The notes: a model not told the origin generated them from the sequence alone. A stretch of DNA of 64,000 nucleotides from Oleispira sp. (GCA_051278005.1 JBNMQK010000004.1:2945-66944); one strand, 5' to 3'. Numbered from the stretch's first letter, positions 40,826 through 51,738 are shown. A program made the numbers and translations.

Positions 40826-42007
40826 TTAGCGGCTTTTTAGGCAATACTCATTAATAAACTGTGATAACAATTCTACGGTCGGTTGCATTTGATCTAATGA
40901 AATAAATTCATCTAGCTGGTGGGCCTGATCGATTGACCCTGGTCCGAGTACCAAGGTTTCCATTCCAAGTTGCTGCATAAAAGGTGCTTCGGTAGCAAAG
41001 GCAACGGCATGAGCTTGGTGATTGGTTAACTTCTCGGCCAGCTTAATGAGGTCAGCATTTTTATCGGTGGCAAAGGAAGGTACTCCAGGGAATAAAGACT
41101 CTAATTCAAATTGCACATTATGGCGGCTGGCAATGGGCTTAATTCGTGCTTCCATCTCAGAGCGTAACTGCTCGTTGCTCATGCCGGGTAACGCACGTAA
41201 ATCAAAGGCCAATTCACAACTGCCACAAATACGATTCGGATTATCACCGCCATGAAGACAGCCGAAATTCAACGTTGGTACTTCGATTTCAAAATCTTGA
41301 TTATGATGTTCATCCGCTAGTTGCACGCGATACGCTTTAAGTTCAGTCATTACATCGTGCATCGCATCAATCGCATTAATACCCAAGCTCGGATCGGATG
41401 AATGGCCGGCATTTCCCGTAAGGCGAATGGTCTCCATCATAATGCCTTTGTGCATACGGATCGGTTTAAGCCCAGTCGGTTCACCGATAATGGCATAGCG
41501 ACCTTTTGGCTTTCCCTGATCAACCAAGGCACGTGCACCGCTCATTGAACTTTCTTCGTCAGCCGTTGCGAGAATAATAAGCGGTTGCTGTAAATCAAGC
41601 TGTTTAGGGTTACCGAGTTGATTCAGGATGTTTTCAATCGCTTCAATCGCCAGCGCAAAGAAACCTTTCATATCGCAGGTGCCTAAACCATAGAGTTTGC
41701 CATCGCGTTCGGTCAGTTTAAAAGGATCACTGCTCCAACGCTCAGGGTTACATGGCACCGTATCGGTATGGCCACTGAGTACAAGTCCACCAGGACCACT
41801 GCCAAGGGTGGCAATTAAATTGTATTTATCGGTTTCGCCAAGTCGTTCTTTTGGCACCGTCATTATTTCGCAGTCAAAACCCAGTGGTATTAGCCATTCG
41901 GCCAACAAATCAATGACAGCTTTATTGCTACTATCGTATTTAGGCAATGCAGAGCTAATGCTCGGTGCGGCAACAAGCTGCTGAAAGCGCGAAATAAGTT
42001 GTGACAT
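40826..42007 (-). CDS. argE: acetylornithine deacetylase
   Basis: SGHTDTVP, DMKGF, ADEE, GEPT, GHSSDP, QAHQ.DE; start MSQLI with GGAG SD. Confidence 0.95.
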   Translation of the reverse strand: MSQLISRFQQLVAAPSISSALPKYDSSNKAVIDLLAEWLIPLGFDCEIMTVPKERLGETDKYNLIATLGSGPGGLVLSGHTDTVPCNPERWSSDPFKLTERDGKLYGLGTCDMKGFFALAIEAIENILNQLGNPKQLDLQQPLIILATADEESSMSGARALVDQGKPKGRYAIIGEPTGLKPIRMHKGIMMETIRLTGNAGHSSDPSLGINAIDAMHDVMTELKAYRVQLADEHHNQDFEIEVPTLNFGCLHGGDNPNRICGSCELAFDLRALPGMSNEQLRSEMEARIKPIASRHNVQFELESLFPGVPSFATDKNADLIKLAEKLTNHQAHAVAFATEAPFMQQLGMETLVLGPGSIDQAHQLDEFISLDQMQPTVELLSQFINEYCLKSR

Positions 42008-42141
42008 GGTAAAACTCCCTCTTCGATAACATGAGTTTAAGCATAACGCATTCTGCCCATTGAGTAGCAAAAGCGCTGACAAATAGCGTTTATCCACATG
42101 GCCGTATGGTAACTGGCTCTAATCCGTCTTATCATTCAATA

Positions 42142-43245
42142 ATGAATCATGAAATCGAATTAAAGCTGCGTTTAAATACCCGCGAGCTGCCTTTATTAGA
42201 AAAGGCCTTAGCCAGTCCCCAATTTATTAGCGAGCCAACACTTAAGTTGCTTAATCGTTATTTTGATACCCCTCAAATGGGGCTAAGCCAAGGGGGGGCA
42301 GCGTTACGCATTCGCCAGCAAGGAAGGGTTAATGTTAAACGCGGTGATTCTGAGGGTCTCAATACGACTAACATACTCTCAGATGAACGCATTATTCAAA
42401 CGCTCAAAACACGCGGTACCAGTTCGGCCGGTTTGCATCAGCGCATGGAGTGGGATTGGCCGTTAACCAAGGTTGAGCTAGACCTGAGTTTGATTCAAAA
42501 CAGTGATGCCAACAATCACTTATCGCCAACGTTATCGCTAGAGGCGATCACTCCGTTATTTACCACCGACTTTCAACGTAAAGTGTGGATGTATCGCCAG
42601 GGTGAAACACTTATTGAGCTAGTATTAGATCAAGGTGAAGTATCAACTGACGAGCACCGCATCGATTTATTAGAACTCGAATTAGAATTAAAGCAAGGTC
42701 AGCCAGCAGTATTATTCCAGGTCGCACAACAGATTGCCGATCAGTGCCCCGTATTAATGAGTGATATTAGTAAAGCCGAGCGGGGCTATGGACTGCTCGC
42801 TTTATCAACACGGTATACTGCCATTAAAAAAGATTGGGCAGGAAAAATGCCTAACTTTGATGAAGAGGACGATGTGATTGGGTGTTTTAAAGCTTTTTTT
42901 GCGTTTCAATTGTCCAGCATTCAACGCAGTTTAGAGTATGGTATTTGGGATGGTCAGAATGACAGAGAAGCCCAAACCATCTCTCAGATAAAGTTACTGC
43001 ACAATTTACTTTCTTTATTTACGCATATTGATTGTCTGCCGGATGCTCGATTATTACAGCGTCAATTAGATCAAGCCAGCCAAGCTCCTTTTAATTTATC
43101 ACGCCTATGGGGACAGCTTAGTTTGGCCTGCGGGGATTGGTTATTTAGTTTATCGAATGACTGTGCAAAATTCAAAATGACCGCAAAAGAAAAGATGTTG
43201 ATGAATTTACATGTAGAGCAATTAGCAAAAGGAATGCGCTCATGA
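42142..43245 (+). CDS. CYTH-domain inorganic triphosphatase (YgiF-like) with shortened CHAD-like tail
   Basis: EIELK, YFDTP, LRIR, QTLK, F.TDF.R, ELELELK, SKAERGY. Confidence 0.9.
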   Translation: MNHEIELKLRLNTRELPLLEKALASPQFISEPTLKLLNRYFDTPQMGLSQGGAALRIRQQGRVNVKRGDSEGLNTTNILSDERIIQTLKTRGTSSAGLHQRMEWDWPLTKVELDLSLIQNSDANNHLSPTLSLEAITPLFTTDFQRKVWMYRQGETLIELVLDQGEVSTDEHRIDLLELELELKQGQPAVLFQVAQQIADQCPVLMSDISKAERGYGLLALSTRYTAIKKDWAGKMPNFDEEDDVIGCFKAFFAFQLSSIQRSLEYGIWDGQNDREAQTISQIKLLHNLLSLFTHIDCLPDARLLQRQLDQASQAPFNLSRLWGQLSLACGDWLFSLSNDCAKFKMTAKEKMLMNLHVEQLAKGMRS

Positions 43246-44999
43246 ATTCGGTTGTAGATCGACCTGTTTTACTTAACGTCTTACTGGACAACTTGAAAAA
43301 AGCAGGCATGTTAGATGATGACAATTATCAGCTGGGACAATTTGCTCGCCGCAGCCAGTCCGAATTAAAAATGCATCCGTTTGCGTTTATCGGTAAGCAA
43401 AAGCTCACCAATAAAAAAACCGGTGGCAACCTGAGTGAAGAAATTATTTGTCAGTGGGCTGCTGCAGAAACAGGGTTAAATTATTCTCGTATCGATCCAC
43501 TTGATATTGATGTGGCGGCAATTACCTCAGTCATGTCTTATGCATTTTCAGAGCGCCATAAAATTCTGGCGTTAAAAATCAATAAAACAGAATTAGTGGT
43601 TGCGTGCAGCGAACCGAATATCACCTCTTGGGTGCAAGATTTAGAACATGTCTTGCGCCTTAAAGTTGTGCGCATTATTGTTATGCCCAGCGAAATAGAA
43701 CGCCATCGCATTGAATTTTATCAGTTGGCTAACTCCATTAATCGAGCCTCTTCACAGCATGGTGGCATGAGTGGTATTCAAAATTTAGAGTCCATGCTAG
43801 AGCTTGGCAAAGCCAGCGCCCCAGACGCGAATGACGAGCACATTGTTAATGTGGTTGATTGGTTGTTGCAGTATGCGTTTGAGCAACGTGCCAGTGATAT
43901 TCATATAGAACCGAGGCGTGAACTCGGCAAGGTACGTTTTCGTATTGATGGTGTTTTGCACCTAGTGTATGAATTACCTGCGCAAGTTACTCAAGCCGTT
44001 GTTGCCAGAATTAAGATACTAGGGCGTATGAATATCGCCGAAAAGCGAAAGCCGCAAGACTCGCGCTTAAAAACCAAAACACCGGCGGGAGAAGAGATTG
44101 AATTACGTTTATCAACCTTGCCCACCGCGTTTGGTGAAAAATTGGTAATGCGTGTTTTTGATCCCAGTGTTTTAGTACGAAACTTTTCCGAACTTGGCTT
44201 CAGCAAAGAAGATTACCGCCGCTGGAAAGAAATGACGTCGCAAAACAACGGCATTATTTTTGTGACAGGGCCAACCGGTTCAGGTAAAACCACCACACTG
44301 TATTCAACCCTAAAAGAACTGGCAACGGTTGAAGTGAATGTTTCAACCATTGAAGACCCGATTGAAATGATCGAGCCCGCGTTTAACCAAATGCAGGTTA
44401 ACCACAGCATTGATCTCGATTTTGCCACGGGCGTGCGTGCATTATTACGACAAGACCCTGACATTATTATGGTGGGTGAAATTCGTGATTTAGAAACGGC
44501 TGAAATGGCGGTTCAATCTGCATTAACCGGGCACTTAGTCTTATCAACACTGCATACTAATGATGCACCGACTGCGATTACACGATTATTAGAGCTTGGT
44601 TTGCCTCCGTATTTGATTCGATCGACCATGCTGGGTGTTATGGCGCAGCGTTTAGTCAGAATTCTTTGTCCACACTGCAAAGAAGAAAGCGCAATCGATG
44701 ATATTACCTGGAAAGACCTTGTGGCACCTTGGACAGTGACCAAACCGGCTAAAATATACCATCCAAAAGGATGCCTTGAATGCCGAGATACTGGCTTTAT
44801 TGGCCGTATGGGCATTTATGAAGTGTTACCGATGAGTCATGAGATCAGTAAACTCATTGGTAGCGACTCAGATCATCTTAAAATCCGCCAGCAAGCCATG
44901 CAAGAGGGCATGCACAGCCTCAAATTGAGTGGGGCACAAAAAGTTGCGTTGGGCTTAACGACGATAGAGGAAGTCATGAGAGTGGCGCCAATGTCTTAA
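43242..44999 (+). CDS. GspE/PilB-family secretion ATPase
   Basis: ASDIHIEP, GPTGSGKTTTLY, TIEDPIE, LRQDPD, LSTLHTND, CPHC...CLEC. Confidence 0.93.
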   Translation: MNSVVDRPVLLNVLLDNLKKAGMLDDDNYQLGQFARRSQSELKMHPFAFIGKQKLTNKKTGGNLSEEIICQWAAAETGLNYSRIDPLDIDVAAITSVMSYAFSERHKILALKINKTELVVACSEPNITSWVQDLEHVLRLKVVRIIVMPSEIERHRIEFYQLANSINRASSQHGGMSGIQNLESMLELGKASAPDANDEHIVNVVDWLLQYAFEQRASDIHIEPRRELGKVRFRIDGVLHLVYELPAQVTQAVVARIKILGRMNIAEKRKPQDSRLKTKTPAGEEIELRLSTLPTAFGEKLVMRVFDPSVLVRNFSELGFSKEDYRRWKEMTSQNNGIIFVTGPTGSGKTTTLYSTLKELATVEVNVSTIEDPIEMIEPAFNQMQVNHSIDLDFATGVRALLRQDPDIIMVGEIRDLETAEMAVQSALTGHLVLSTLHTNDAPTAITRLLELGLPPYLIRSTMLGVMAQRLVRILCPHCKEESAIDDITWKDLVAPWTVTKPAKIYHPKGCLECRDTGFIGRMGIYEVLPMSHEISKLIGSDSDHLKIRQQAMQEGMHSLKLSGAQKVALGLTTIEEVMRVAPMS

Positions 45000-45127
45000 T
45001 TAATACGAAAAACAAGCATTGGCCATTAAAAAATACGACTCGGTTATAGTTACTCACTCAAATAACGGCTAAGCTATGTCATAGTCATACTGACACGTGA
45101 GTAAAATAAATTGTACAGAACATAACC

Positions 45128-45631
45128 ATGGCAACCGATGTGAAAACAGCGCCCCTTATTATTGATTTAGAAGCTTCGGGGTTTGGCCGCGGTAGTTATC
45201 CTATTGAAGTCGGTTTTGCACTAGAAAACCGAGAGATACATTCGTTTTTGATCAAACCAGAAGAAGATTGGACTCATTGGAGCGAAGAAGCCGAGAAAAT
45301 ACACGGCATTACTCGTGAACAACTGTATTCCGAAGGTATGTGTATTGAAGATATTGCGCTTAAGTTAAATGAAATGCTGCTCGGTCACACCCTGTATTCA
45401 GATGCTTGGAGTTTTGACAGCTCTTGGATAGGGCGTTTATTCGACAGCGCGGGCATCGTTCAGCGTTTTCGGATAGAAACAATTAACAAGTTGCTCAAAC
45501 CTGAGCATGTTGAATTTTGGCACCCAACCAAAGAAGCTGTATTGAAAGAACTAGGCCTTAAAGCACACCGGGCCGCAATTGACGTGCAGGTACTGCAAGA
45601 AACGTATTTGCGAATTGCCCATATGAGTTAG
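45128..45631 (+). CDS. small DEDDh (DnaQ-like) 3'-5' exonuclease
   Basis: IDLEASG...YPIEVG, IHGI, FD, HRA..D. Confidence 0.8.
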   Translation: MATDVKTAPLIIDLEASGFGRGSYPIEVGFALENREIHSFLIKPEEDWTHWSEEAEKIHGITREQLYSEGMCIEDIALKLNEMLLGHTLYSDAWSFDSSWIGRLFDSAGIVQRFRIETINKLLKPEHVEFWHPTKEAVLKELGLKAHRAAIDVQVLQETYLRIAHMS

Positions 45632-45666
45632 TGATACCAAGACACATTACAAATAATGTATCAATA

Positions 45667-45701
45667 AACCTTAGCCATGAAAGTGACTGGGGTTTTTTTT
45701 T
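45667..45701 (+). terminator. intrinsic terminator
   Basis: Imperfect ACCTTAGCCA-TGAAAG-TGACTGGGGT stem followed by long T-tract. Confidence 0.65.
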
Positions 45702-45946
45702 AGATCTATTTACCTTGGGCTTACTGCAAATAAAAAATACTCGGTCAGTAGCCTATGTTTAAGTAAAAATCATTATCACGGTTTTCTAGTTTTAATCATG
45801 TATACAGTTATAGAGGGGTCTGAAATTCATTGCGTAATAATATGTTTGGCGTTAATGATTGATTCGGTAAAATATAAGAATACTTGCTAACCGCTTAATC
45901 AGCCACGGCAATAGGTTATGACCTTCTCATTTAAATATATTGTACT

Positions 45947-46407
45947 GAAGCTTCAGAGTCAGAAAAGAGGACGGGTTATAGAAACTATGCACTCACTTAC
46001 TTTATGAAAAGCTTTGGCAATATTCATAATAATGTAGCGTCTGTTCTAGATTTATATTTCCCTTTGTGTCCAATAGAAATGACGTGCAAAGAACTCGCGC
46101 AACTTTCTTGTTTCTTGCCTCTGGTGGTACAAACCCAATAACCGATGAAGTTGTTATTAGCCAAGAGCGTTCAAAAAGAATATATTCTGTCATGCAAATG
46201 TGAGGTTTTTATGATGACGCGGGTGAGTTTACTTTTAAAACCGGCTTGCCGGGTAAAAACGGTATCGGTGGCGGAATCATTGCTATTCAGCCTGGGCAGT
46301 TTTGTATTGCGGTGTGGAGCCCTCAGCTTAATGTTATTGGTAAACCTTACAAGGTTATGAGAGTGCTTGAAGCGCTTACCAGTAAAACTAAGTCTTCGAT
46401 CTTTTGA
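45947..46407 (+). pseudogene. glutaminase pseudogene (C-terminal half)
   Basis: Manual translation SE..TGYRNYAL.YFMKSFGNIHNNV..VLDLYF..C.IEMTC.ELA, frameshift near 46100, in-frame TGA at 46201, then GFYDDAGEF.FK.GLPGK.G.GGGI.A..PG.FCIAVWSP.LN..G...SIF*. Confidence 0.88.
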
Positions 46408-46440
46408 TGATGTCTTTCGTAAACTAGGAGTGTAGAGAGC

Positions 46441-46638
46441 GTGAACGAATTAACCGAAAAATCTATCGAGTGCCCTTACTGTGGTGAAACCCTTGACGTG
46501 TTAATTGACTCAACCGACTTGGATGAACAATACATTGAAGATTGCCAAGTATGTTGTAAACCCATTAATTTTATAATTTCTGAGGATAATAGTGGTGAGG
46601 TTACAGTGAGTGTTTATAGCGACGATGATACGTTTTAA
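46441..46638 (+). CDS. CPXCG-motif small Cys-rich protein
   Basis: CPYCGE...YIEDCQVCCKPI; GGAG SD before GTG. Confidence 0.88.
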   Translation: MNELTEKSIECPYCGETLDVLIDSTDLDEQYIEDCQVCCKPINFIISEDNSGEVTVSVYSDDDTF

Positions 46639-46898
46639 GAATTAAAATCTTGTTGTAGTTTTCTATTACGGATCAATTTGGGTTTGCCCAGTTTGACGGA
46701 ATATAATTTAAACTTATTACTACAGATTTGATAACAATGTTTAATCTTGAATCCGTATTACGTGAATATTATTACATGTGTAAAAATGAATGGAGGCTAA
46801 GTATGACGTGCCTAGATAAGATCAGCGACATGGGATAATATTGTCTAAACAATATTCATCCTTATTTTCCGTCTCTAATATATTTATCGAGAAGTTTT

Positions 46899-47348
46899 AT
46901 GATGCACGAAGAGTTACCAGAAGATCACACGGATCCTTTATTAAAAGTATTACATCGTCTAATTCGACTTGCGATAAGAATACTGGCGATATTGATGGTG
47001 TTAGTTATTTTCTGGAGCATTGCAGATGTTATATATGTTTTATATAGCAGACTTATAACGCCCCCTTACTTCTTATTAGATGTTGAAGATATTCTGCAAA
47101 CCTTTGGCGCTTTCATGCTCGTTTTGATAGCCGTTGAAATTTTTATCAATATTCGTTTATACCTTGGATCAAATGTTATTCCAGTAGAATTAGTTATTGC
47201 CACAGCGCTCATGGCTGTCGCACGTAAAGTCATTGTATTAGATTTGAAACTTGTTTCTTCAGATCAGATTGTTGGACTGGCTTTGGTAACACTGGCATTG
47301 GGAATATCATATTGGTTAGTAAAGCAAAGGCACCTACCTAAGCTTTAA
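46899..47348 (+). CDS. phosphate-starvation-inducible PsiE family membrane protein
   Basis: 4 TM; VLIAVEIF.NI..YL, VIATALMAVARKVIVLD. Confidence 0.85.
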   Translation: MMHEELPEDHTDPLLKVLHRLIRLAIRILAILMVLVIFWSIADVIYVLYSRLITPPYFLLDVEDILQTFGAFMLVLIAVEIFINIRLYLGSNVIPVELVIATALMAVARKVIVLDLKLVSSDQIVGLALVTLALGISYWLVKQRHLPKL

Positions 47349-47383
47349 ATTTAACTCTCATATTATTTATATAGGAACATAAA

Positions 47384-47620
47384 ATGAAAGATTCAAAGAG
47401 CACGATTGTCCCTCTAGAACCTGATACTCAAGTAGAGTTAGATAAAGTATTAAAAGCAGGAGGGTCTGCTAAGGTCATGTTAAAAGGCAGCGATCAAGTA
47501 TTTATAATGACAAAGTCAGAGAAGGGCAGTGATTATGAATTATCTAACGTTACTTCAGAGTCGTCTAACGACAATATGCGCAATGCGTTAGAAAAAATCA
47601 AAGATAAGATGAAGTTATAA
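47384..47620 (+). CDS. hypothetical protein
   Basis: 78 aa, AGGA SD, followed by a terminator; no recognisable motif. Confidence 0.65.
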   Translation: MKDSKSTIVPLEPDTQVELDKVLKAGGSAKVMLKGSDQVFIMTKSEKGSDYELSNVTSESSNDNMRNALEKIKDKMKL

Positions 47621-47622
47621 AT

Positions 47623-47658
47623 AAAAAAACCGCTCAATACCTAATGATATGAGCGGTT
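47623..47658. terminator. terminator between convergent genes
   Basis: AAAAAACCGCTCA-loop-TGAGCGGTT. Confidence 0.7.
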
Positions 47659-47679
47659 CATATTGTGCTTCTCTCGTGT

Positions 47680-48645
47680 TTACTTATTAAGAGAGTCCAA
47701 ATAAGCACGAGTCCCTTCCTCTACGGTTGCAAAAGGTTGGTCGTAACCCATTTCGCGCAGTTTAGAAATATCCGCTTCTGTGAAGCTTTGGTAAGCGCCT
47801 TTAAGATGCTCAGGAAACGGCATGTATTCTTTCGTTGCTTTCGTAACGTGAGTACCTTTTTCGTCATGCCAATCGATCACCGCATTCGCCACATCGTTAA
47901 AGCTCTGGCAGCGGCCAGTTCCTAAGTTAAAGATACCTGACTTATCAGGGTTGTCTAAAAACCACAGGTTTACTTTCACAACATCGCCGACATAAACAAA
48001 GTCACGGCGTTGTTCACCATCTTCATAACCACCAGAACCGCCAAACAATTTAGCTACGCCATTTTCTTTAACTTGGTTATTAAAGTGAAATGCAACTGAA
48101 GACATGCTGCCTTTATGCTGTTCGCGTGGGCCGTAAACATTGAAGTAACGGAAGCCAACAACCTGAGAGGTAAAGGTATGTTGAATCTCACGCACGTATT
48201 GGTCGAATTGCCATTTAGAATAACCATAAACGTTTAATGGCTGCTCGTGTTCACGTTGTTCTTTAAAGACTGATCCAGCACCATAAACCGATGCGCTAGA
48301 GGCGTATAAAAAAGGAATTTCACGAATGATGCACGCGTGTAAAAGTGTTTTAGAATATTCGTAGTTATTTTCCATCATGAATTTACCGTCCCACTCTGTC
48401 GTAGAGGAACACGCGCCTTCATGGAAAATCGCTTCGACGTTATTCAAAATTGGATCGTCGATTTTTACCAGCTGCAAGAAATCATCTTTATCAAGATAAT
48501 CAGCAATGTCGCAGTCGCTTAAATTATAAAACTTTTTACCGTCGGTTAAATCATCCACTACGATAATGTCTTTACGACCTTGAGCGTTCAAAGTTTTAAC
48601 GATGTTGCTGCCAATAAAGCCAGCGCCGCCTGTTACGATAATCAT
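47680..48645 (-). CDS. hldD: ADP-L-glycero-D-manno-heptose 6-epimerase
   Basis: [46 protein letters not shown]. Confidence 0.97.
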   Translation of the reverse strand: MIIVTGGAGFIGSNIVKTLNAQGRKDIIVVDDLTDGKKFYNLSDCDIADYLDKDDFLQLVKIDDPILNNVEAIFHEGACSSTTEWDGKFMMENNYEYSKTLLHACIIREIPFLYASSASVYGAGSVFKEQREHEQPLNVYGYSKWQFDQYVREIQHTFTSQVVGFRYFNVYGPREQHKGSMSSVAFHFNNQVKENGVAKLFGGSGGYEDGEQRRDFVYVGDVVKVNLWFLDNPDKSGIFNLGTGRCQSFNDVANAVIDWHDEKGTHVTKATKEYMPFPEHLKGAYQSFTEADISKLREMGYDQPFATVEEGTRAYLDSLNK

Positions 48646-48695
48646 CTTAATCAACCTGATTTAGAGGCGAAAACGCCTGAGTAACTAATAATTTA

Positions 48696-48849
48696 GAAGC
48701 GTTTGGCATAGAACTGTTATACGAATAGGCCGTCCCTTCGCATGGAAGCGAAGGCCGAGCTTACATGGAGCGCTAGCGCCGTGAATACTTACAACGGCTG
48801 GTACTTGCATGCGTGCCATGAGGGTAATAGTTTCTACGCCAAACGCTTC
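48696..48849. repeat. 154-bp palindromic intergenic element (MITE/ERIC-like)
   Basis: Imperfect terminal inverted repeats GAAGCGTTTGGCATAGAACTGTTA / TAATAGTTTCTACGCCAAACGCTTC; internal hairpin CCTTCGC-ATGGAA-GCGAAGG. Confidence 0.7.
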
Positions 48850-48866
48850 GAGAATAATAAAACGTT

Positions 48867-50297
48867 TTAAGCTTTTTCAGCTTGAATACGTTTAACGATG
48901 GCGCTGGTTGAACAGTTGTCTTTAAAACTCAAAACGATCACTTCACCGCCTGCGTCCATCACGGCTTCGCCGCCGGCAATGTCTTCGATATTATAATCGC
49001 CACCTTTTACTAAAATACTCGGTAGCACTTTAGTAATTAAGCGCTCCGGCGTATCTTCGGTAAACGGCACAACCCAATCGACACTTTCTAATCCAGCCAA
49101 TACCGCCATGCGATGATCGAGTGGATTAATCGGGCGAGAAGGGCCTTTCAAGCGTGATACCGACTCATCGCTATTGACCGCAACTAATAAACGATGACCT
49201 AAGGTCTTCGCTTCTTTTAAATATTGAACGTGGCCCGGATGAATAATATCGAAACAACCATTGGTCATCACTAGACTTTCACCGCGTTCTTTGCATTCAC
49301 GAACCAGTTGCATGAGTTCATCTTCGTCGAAGACAGCTGCGCCGCCGTGTTGCTCGCTGCGAATATCACTGCGCAGTTCATCACTGGTAACCGTAGCCGT
49401 ACCCAGTTTACCCACCACAATACCGGCGGCGATGTTAGCAAAGGCTGTGGCGTGTTCTAACGATTGTCCGGCGGCAAGCGCCGTGGCCAAAACAGAAATC
49501 ACGGTATCACCAGCCCCGGTCACGTCATACACTTCGCGTGCACGCGTCGGTAACGTGAGAGGCTCGACATCACGCTGAATTAAGGTCATGCCTTTTTCGC
49601 TACGTGTTACCAACAGTGCGGTAAGGTCGTGTTCTTCTAAAAGGGCTTTGCCCTTGGCGAATAAAGTTTCATCGTCTTTGCAATAACCGACAACCGCTTC
49701 GAACTCGGCTAGATTAGGCGTAATTAACGTTGCGCCTTTATAGGGAGAAAAGTCGGTGCCTTTAGGATCAACTAAAACCGGCGTGCCCGCTTTGCGCGCG
49801 GCTTGAATCAAGCGTTGCGGATCGGTCAGTGCGCCTTTGTTATAATCGGATAAAATTACCGCGCCCGCAGTAGCGACTTGCTGATCGAACTGGGTATAAA
49901 TCGGATTGAGGTCGACGTTGTGAAAGGCTTCTTCAAAATCCAAGCGAATCAGTTGTTGATTGCGGCTTAGAATACGCAACTTAGTAATCGTTGGGCTGGT
50001 AGCATGACGCAAAAATCCACACTCAACGCCTTTGTTATTCAGCATCGACTCAAGATCGTTGGCGTTTTCGTCATCGCCTGTAATACCAAATAAGCGCGCT
50101 TTAGCGCCCAATGTTGCAATATTTAGGGCGACGTTGCCCGCACCGCCAGCACGGTTTTCAATGTCTTGTACTTTCACTACAGGCACTGGCGCTTCTGGGG
50201 ATATACGAGATGTCGGCCCCTGCCAATAACGATCCAGCATGACATCGCCGAATACTAATACCTGTGCTTGATGGAAGTTGGGAACTTGTAAATCCAT
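48867..50297 (-). CDS. hldE: bifunctional heptose-7-phosphate kinase / heptose-1-phosphate adenylyltransferase
   Basis: [43 protein letters not shown]. Confidence 0.97.
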   Translation of the reverse strand: MDLQVPNFHQAQVLVFGDVMLDRYWQGPTSRISPEAPVPVVKVQDIENRAGGAGNVALNIATLGAKARLFGITGDDENANDLESMLNNKGVECGFLRHATSPTITKLRILSRNQQLIRLDFEEAFHNVDLNPIYTQFDQQVATAGAVILSDYNKGALTDPQRLIQAARKAGTPVLVDPKGTDFSPYKGATLITPNLAEFEAVVGYCKDDETLFAKGKALLEEHDLTALLVTRSEKGMTLIQRDVEPLTLPTRAREVYDVTGAGDTVISVLATALAAGQSLEHATAFANIAAGIVVGKLGTATVTSDELRSDIRSEQHGGAAVFDEDELMQLVRECKERGESLVMTNGCFDIIHPGHVQYLKEAKTLGHRLLVAVNSDESVSRLKGPSRPINPLDHRMAVLAGLESVDWVVPFTEDTPERLITKVLPSILVKGGDYNIEDIAGGEAVMDAGGEVIVLSFKDNCSTSAIVKRIQAEKA

Positions 50298-50442
50298 CTT
50301 GATCCGCCACATAAATTAAAGAGCTGTCAGTCTATCAAAACTAGCCTGTAGGAACTAGCAGGCAGGCTATATAAGCTTGGCGGCGGTTTTGTTAATATAC
50401 AATGCTAATGTACAGCGGCGTTCAATAATCGGAGAACTGCGA

Positions 50443-51738
50443 GTGGCTCGTTTTTTTTACAACTTGGTTTTTACCTTAGCTATTCCTATTATTTTGCTTC
50501 GTATGTGGCTGCGTGGTGGATCTAACCCGGGTTACCGTCGGCGCTGGGCAGAACGCTTCTCTTTGTTTACTTTTAATGGCAATGCGAACGGCATACTGAT
50601 GCATTCGGTTTCAGTGGGTGAGACCCTTGCGGCAGAACCGTTAGTGCGCAGTCTGCAAGCAGCCAACCCCGATTTAACACTGACTATTACTACCACAACG
50701 CCCACTGGTTCTGATCAAGTTTTGCGCTTGTACGCGGATGACTTAAAGACGGGGCGTATTGTTCACCTTTATTTACCATATGACCTGCCTTGGTTAATGA
50801 ATCGTTTTATTAAAACGATTCAGCCCCGTATCTGCCTCATCATGGAAACAGAACTTTGGCCGAACATTATTCGTAGCTGCAATAAGCAGCAAGTGCCGGT
50901 CATCTTGGCTAATGCTCGACTTTCTGAAAAATCAGCCCGAGGTTATGCGAAATTCCTGAAACTGACACGTCCTATGTTGCAAGGGTTAGATTTGGTTGCT
51001 GCGCAGCATCGTGATGATGCAGAGCGTTTTATTGCATTAGGCATTGATGAGAGCAAGGTCGATGTGACGGGCAGCATTAAATTTGATATCCGCGTGCCTG
51101 AGCAATCTTTAATTCAAGGTAAGACGCTCAAAGCGCTGTGGGGAGAAGCACGGCCGGTATTAGTCTTGGCGAGCAGCCATGAAGGGGAGGACGATCTTAT
51201 TTTGGCCAGTTATCAGCAGTTATTGGCTGATTTTCCTGATTTATTATTAACGATAGTACCGCGTCACCCTGAGCGTTTTGATGAAGTCGCGGCGTTGATT
51301 TTAGATCGAGGTTTGCATTTGGTGAGGCGCAGTGAATCATTTGAAGAAGGCAATGTGCAACCTAGCGCGATGACGCAAGTGTATTTGGCCGATACCATGG
51401 GTGAGATGCTGTTATTACTCGCCAGTGCTGATATTGCGATTATTGGTGGCAGTTTTATTGAGCACGGAGGCCACAACCCCTTAGAAGCGTGTGCATTATC
51501 CAAAGCGGTGGTGATGGGACCCAGTGATTACAACTTTGCGGCTATCTCTCAGCAGCTTATGTGTGAAGGCGCTATGCAACAAGCATCGTCTGAACAGCTG
51601 ACCATCTGTTTACGACAACTATTACAACGCCCCGAACTACGCGCAGACATGGGCGCCAGTGGCCAGCGTGTCGTGGCCGCTAACCAAGGCGCGGTTGCGC
51701 GCCTCACTGAGTTGGTCGCTGAGCAGTTGCATTGTTAA
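50443..51738 (+). CDS. waaA: Kdo transferase
   Basis: HSVSVGE, YLPYD, METELWPN, NARLS, PRHPERF, GGHNPLE; GTG start with GGAG SD. Confidence 0.96.
   Translation: MARFFYNLVFTLAIPIILLRMWLRGGSNPGYRRRWAERFSLFTFNGNANGILMHSVSVGETLAAEPLVRSLQAANPDLTLTITTTTPTGSDQVLRLYADDLKTGRIVHLYLPYDLPWLMNRFIKTIQPRICLIMETELWPNIIRSCNKQQVPVILANARLSEKSARGYAKFLKLTRPMLQGLDLVAAQHRDDAERFIALGIDESKVDVTGSIKFDIRVPEQSLIQGKTLKALWGEARPVLVLASSHEGEDDLILASYQQLLADFPDLLLTIVPRHPERFDEVAALILDRGLHLVRRSESFEEGNVQPSAMTQVYLADTMGEMLLLLASADIAIIGGSFIEHGGHNPLEACALSKAVVMGPSDYNFAAISQQLMCEGAMQQASSEQLTICLRQLLQRPELRADMGASGQRVVAANQGAVARLTELVAEQLHC

Noticed and set aside
42091-42099. Perfect DnaA box TTATCCACA upstream of argE
   Set aside because: Single copy, no cluster or unwinding element; compatible with chance
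46002-46360. ORF-track 63-aa and 71-aa ORFs
   Set aside because: Off-frame or antisense readings of the glutaminase pseudogene
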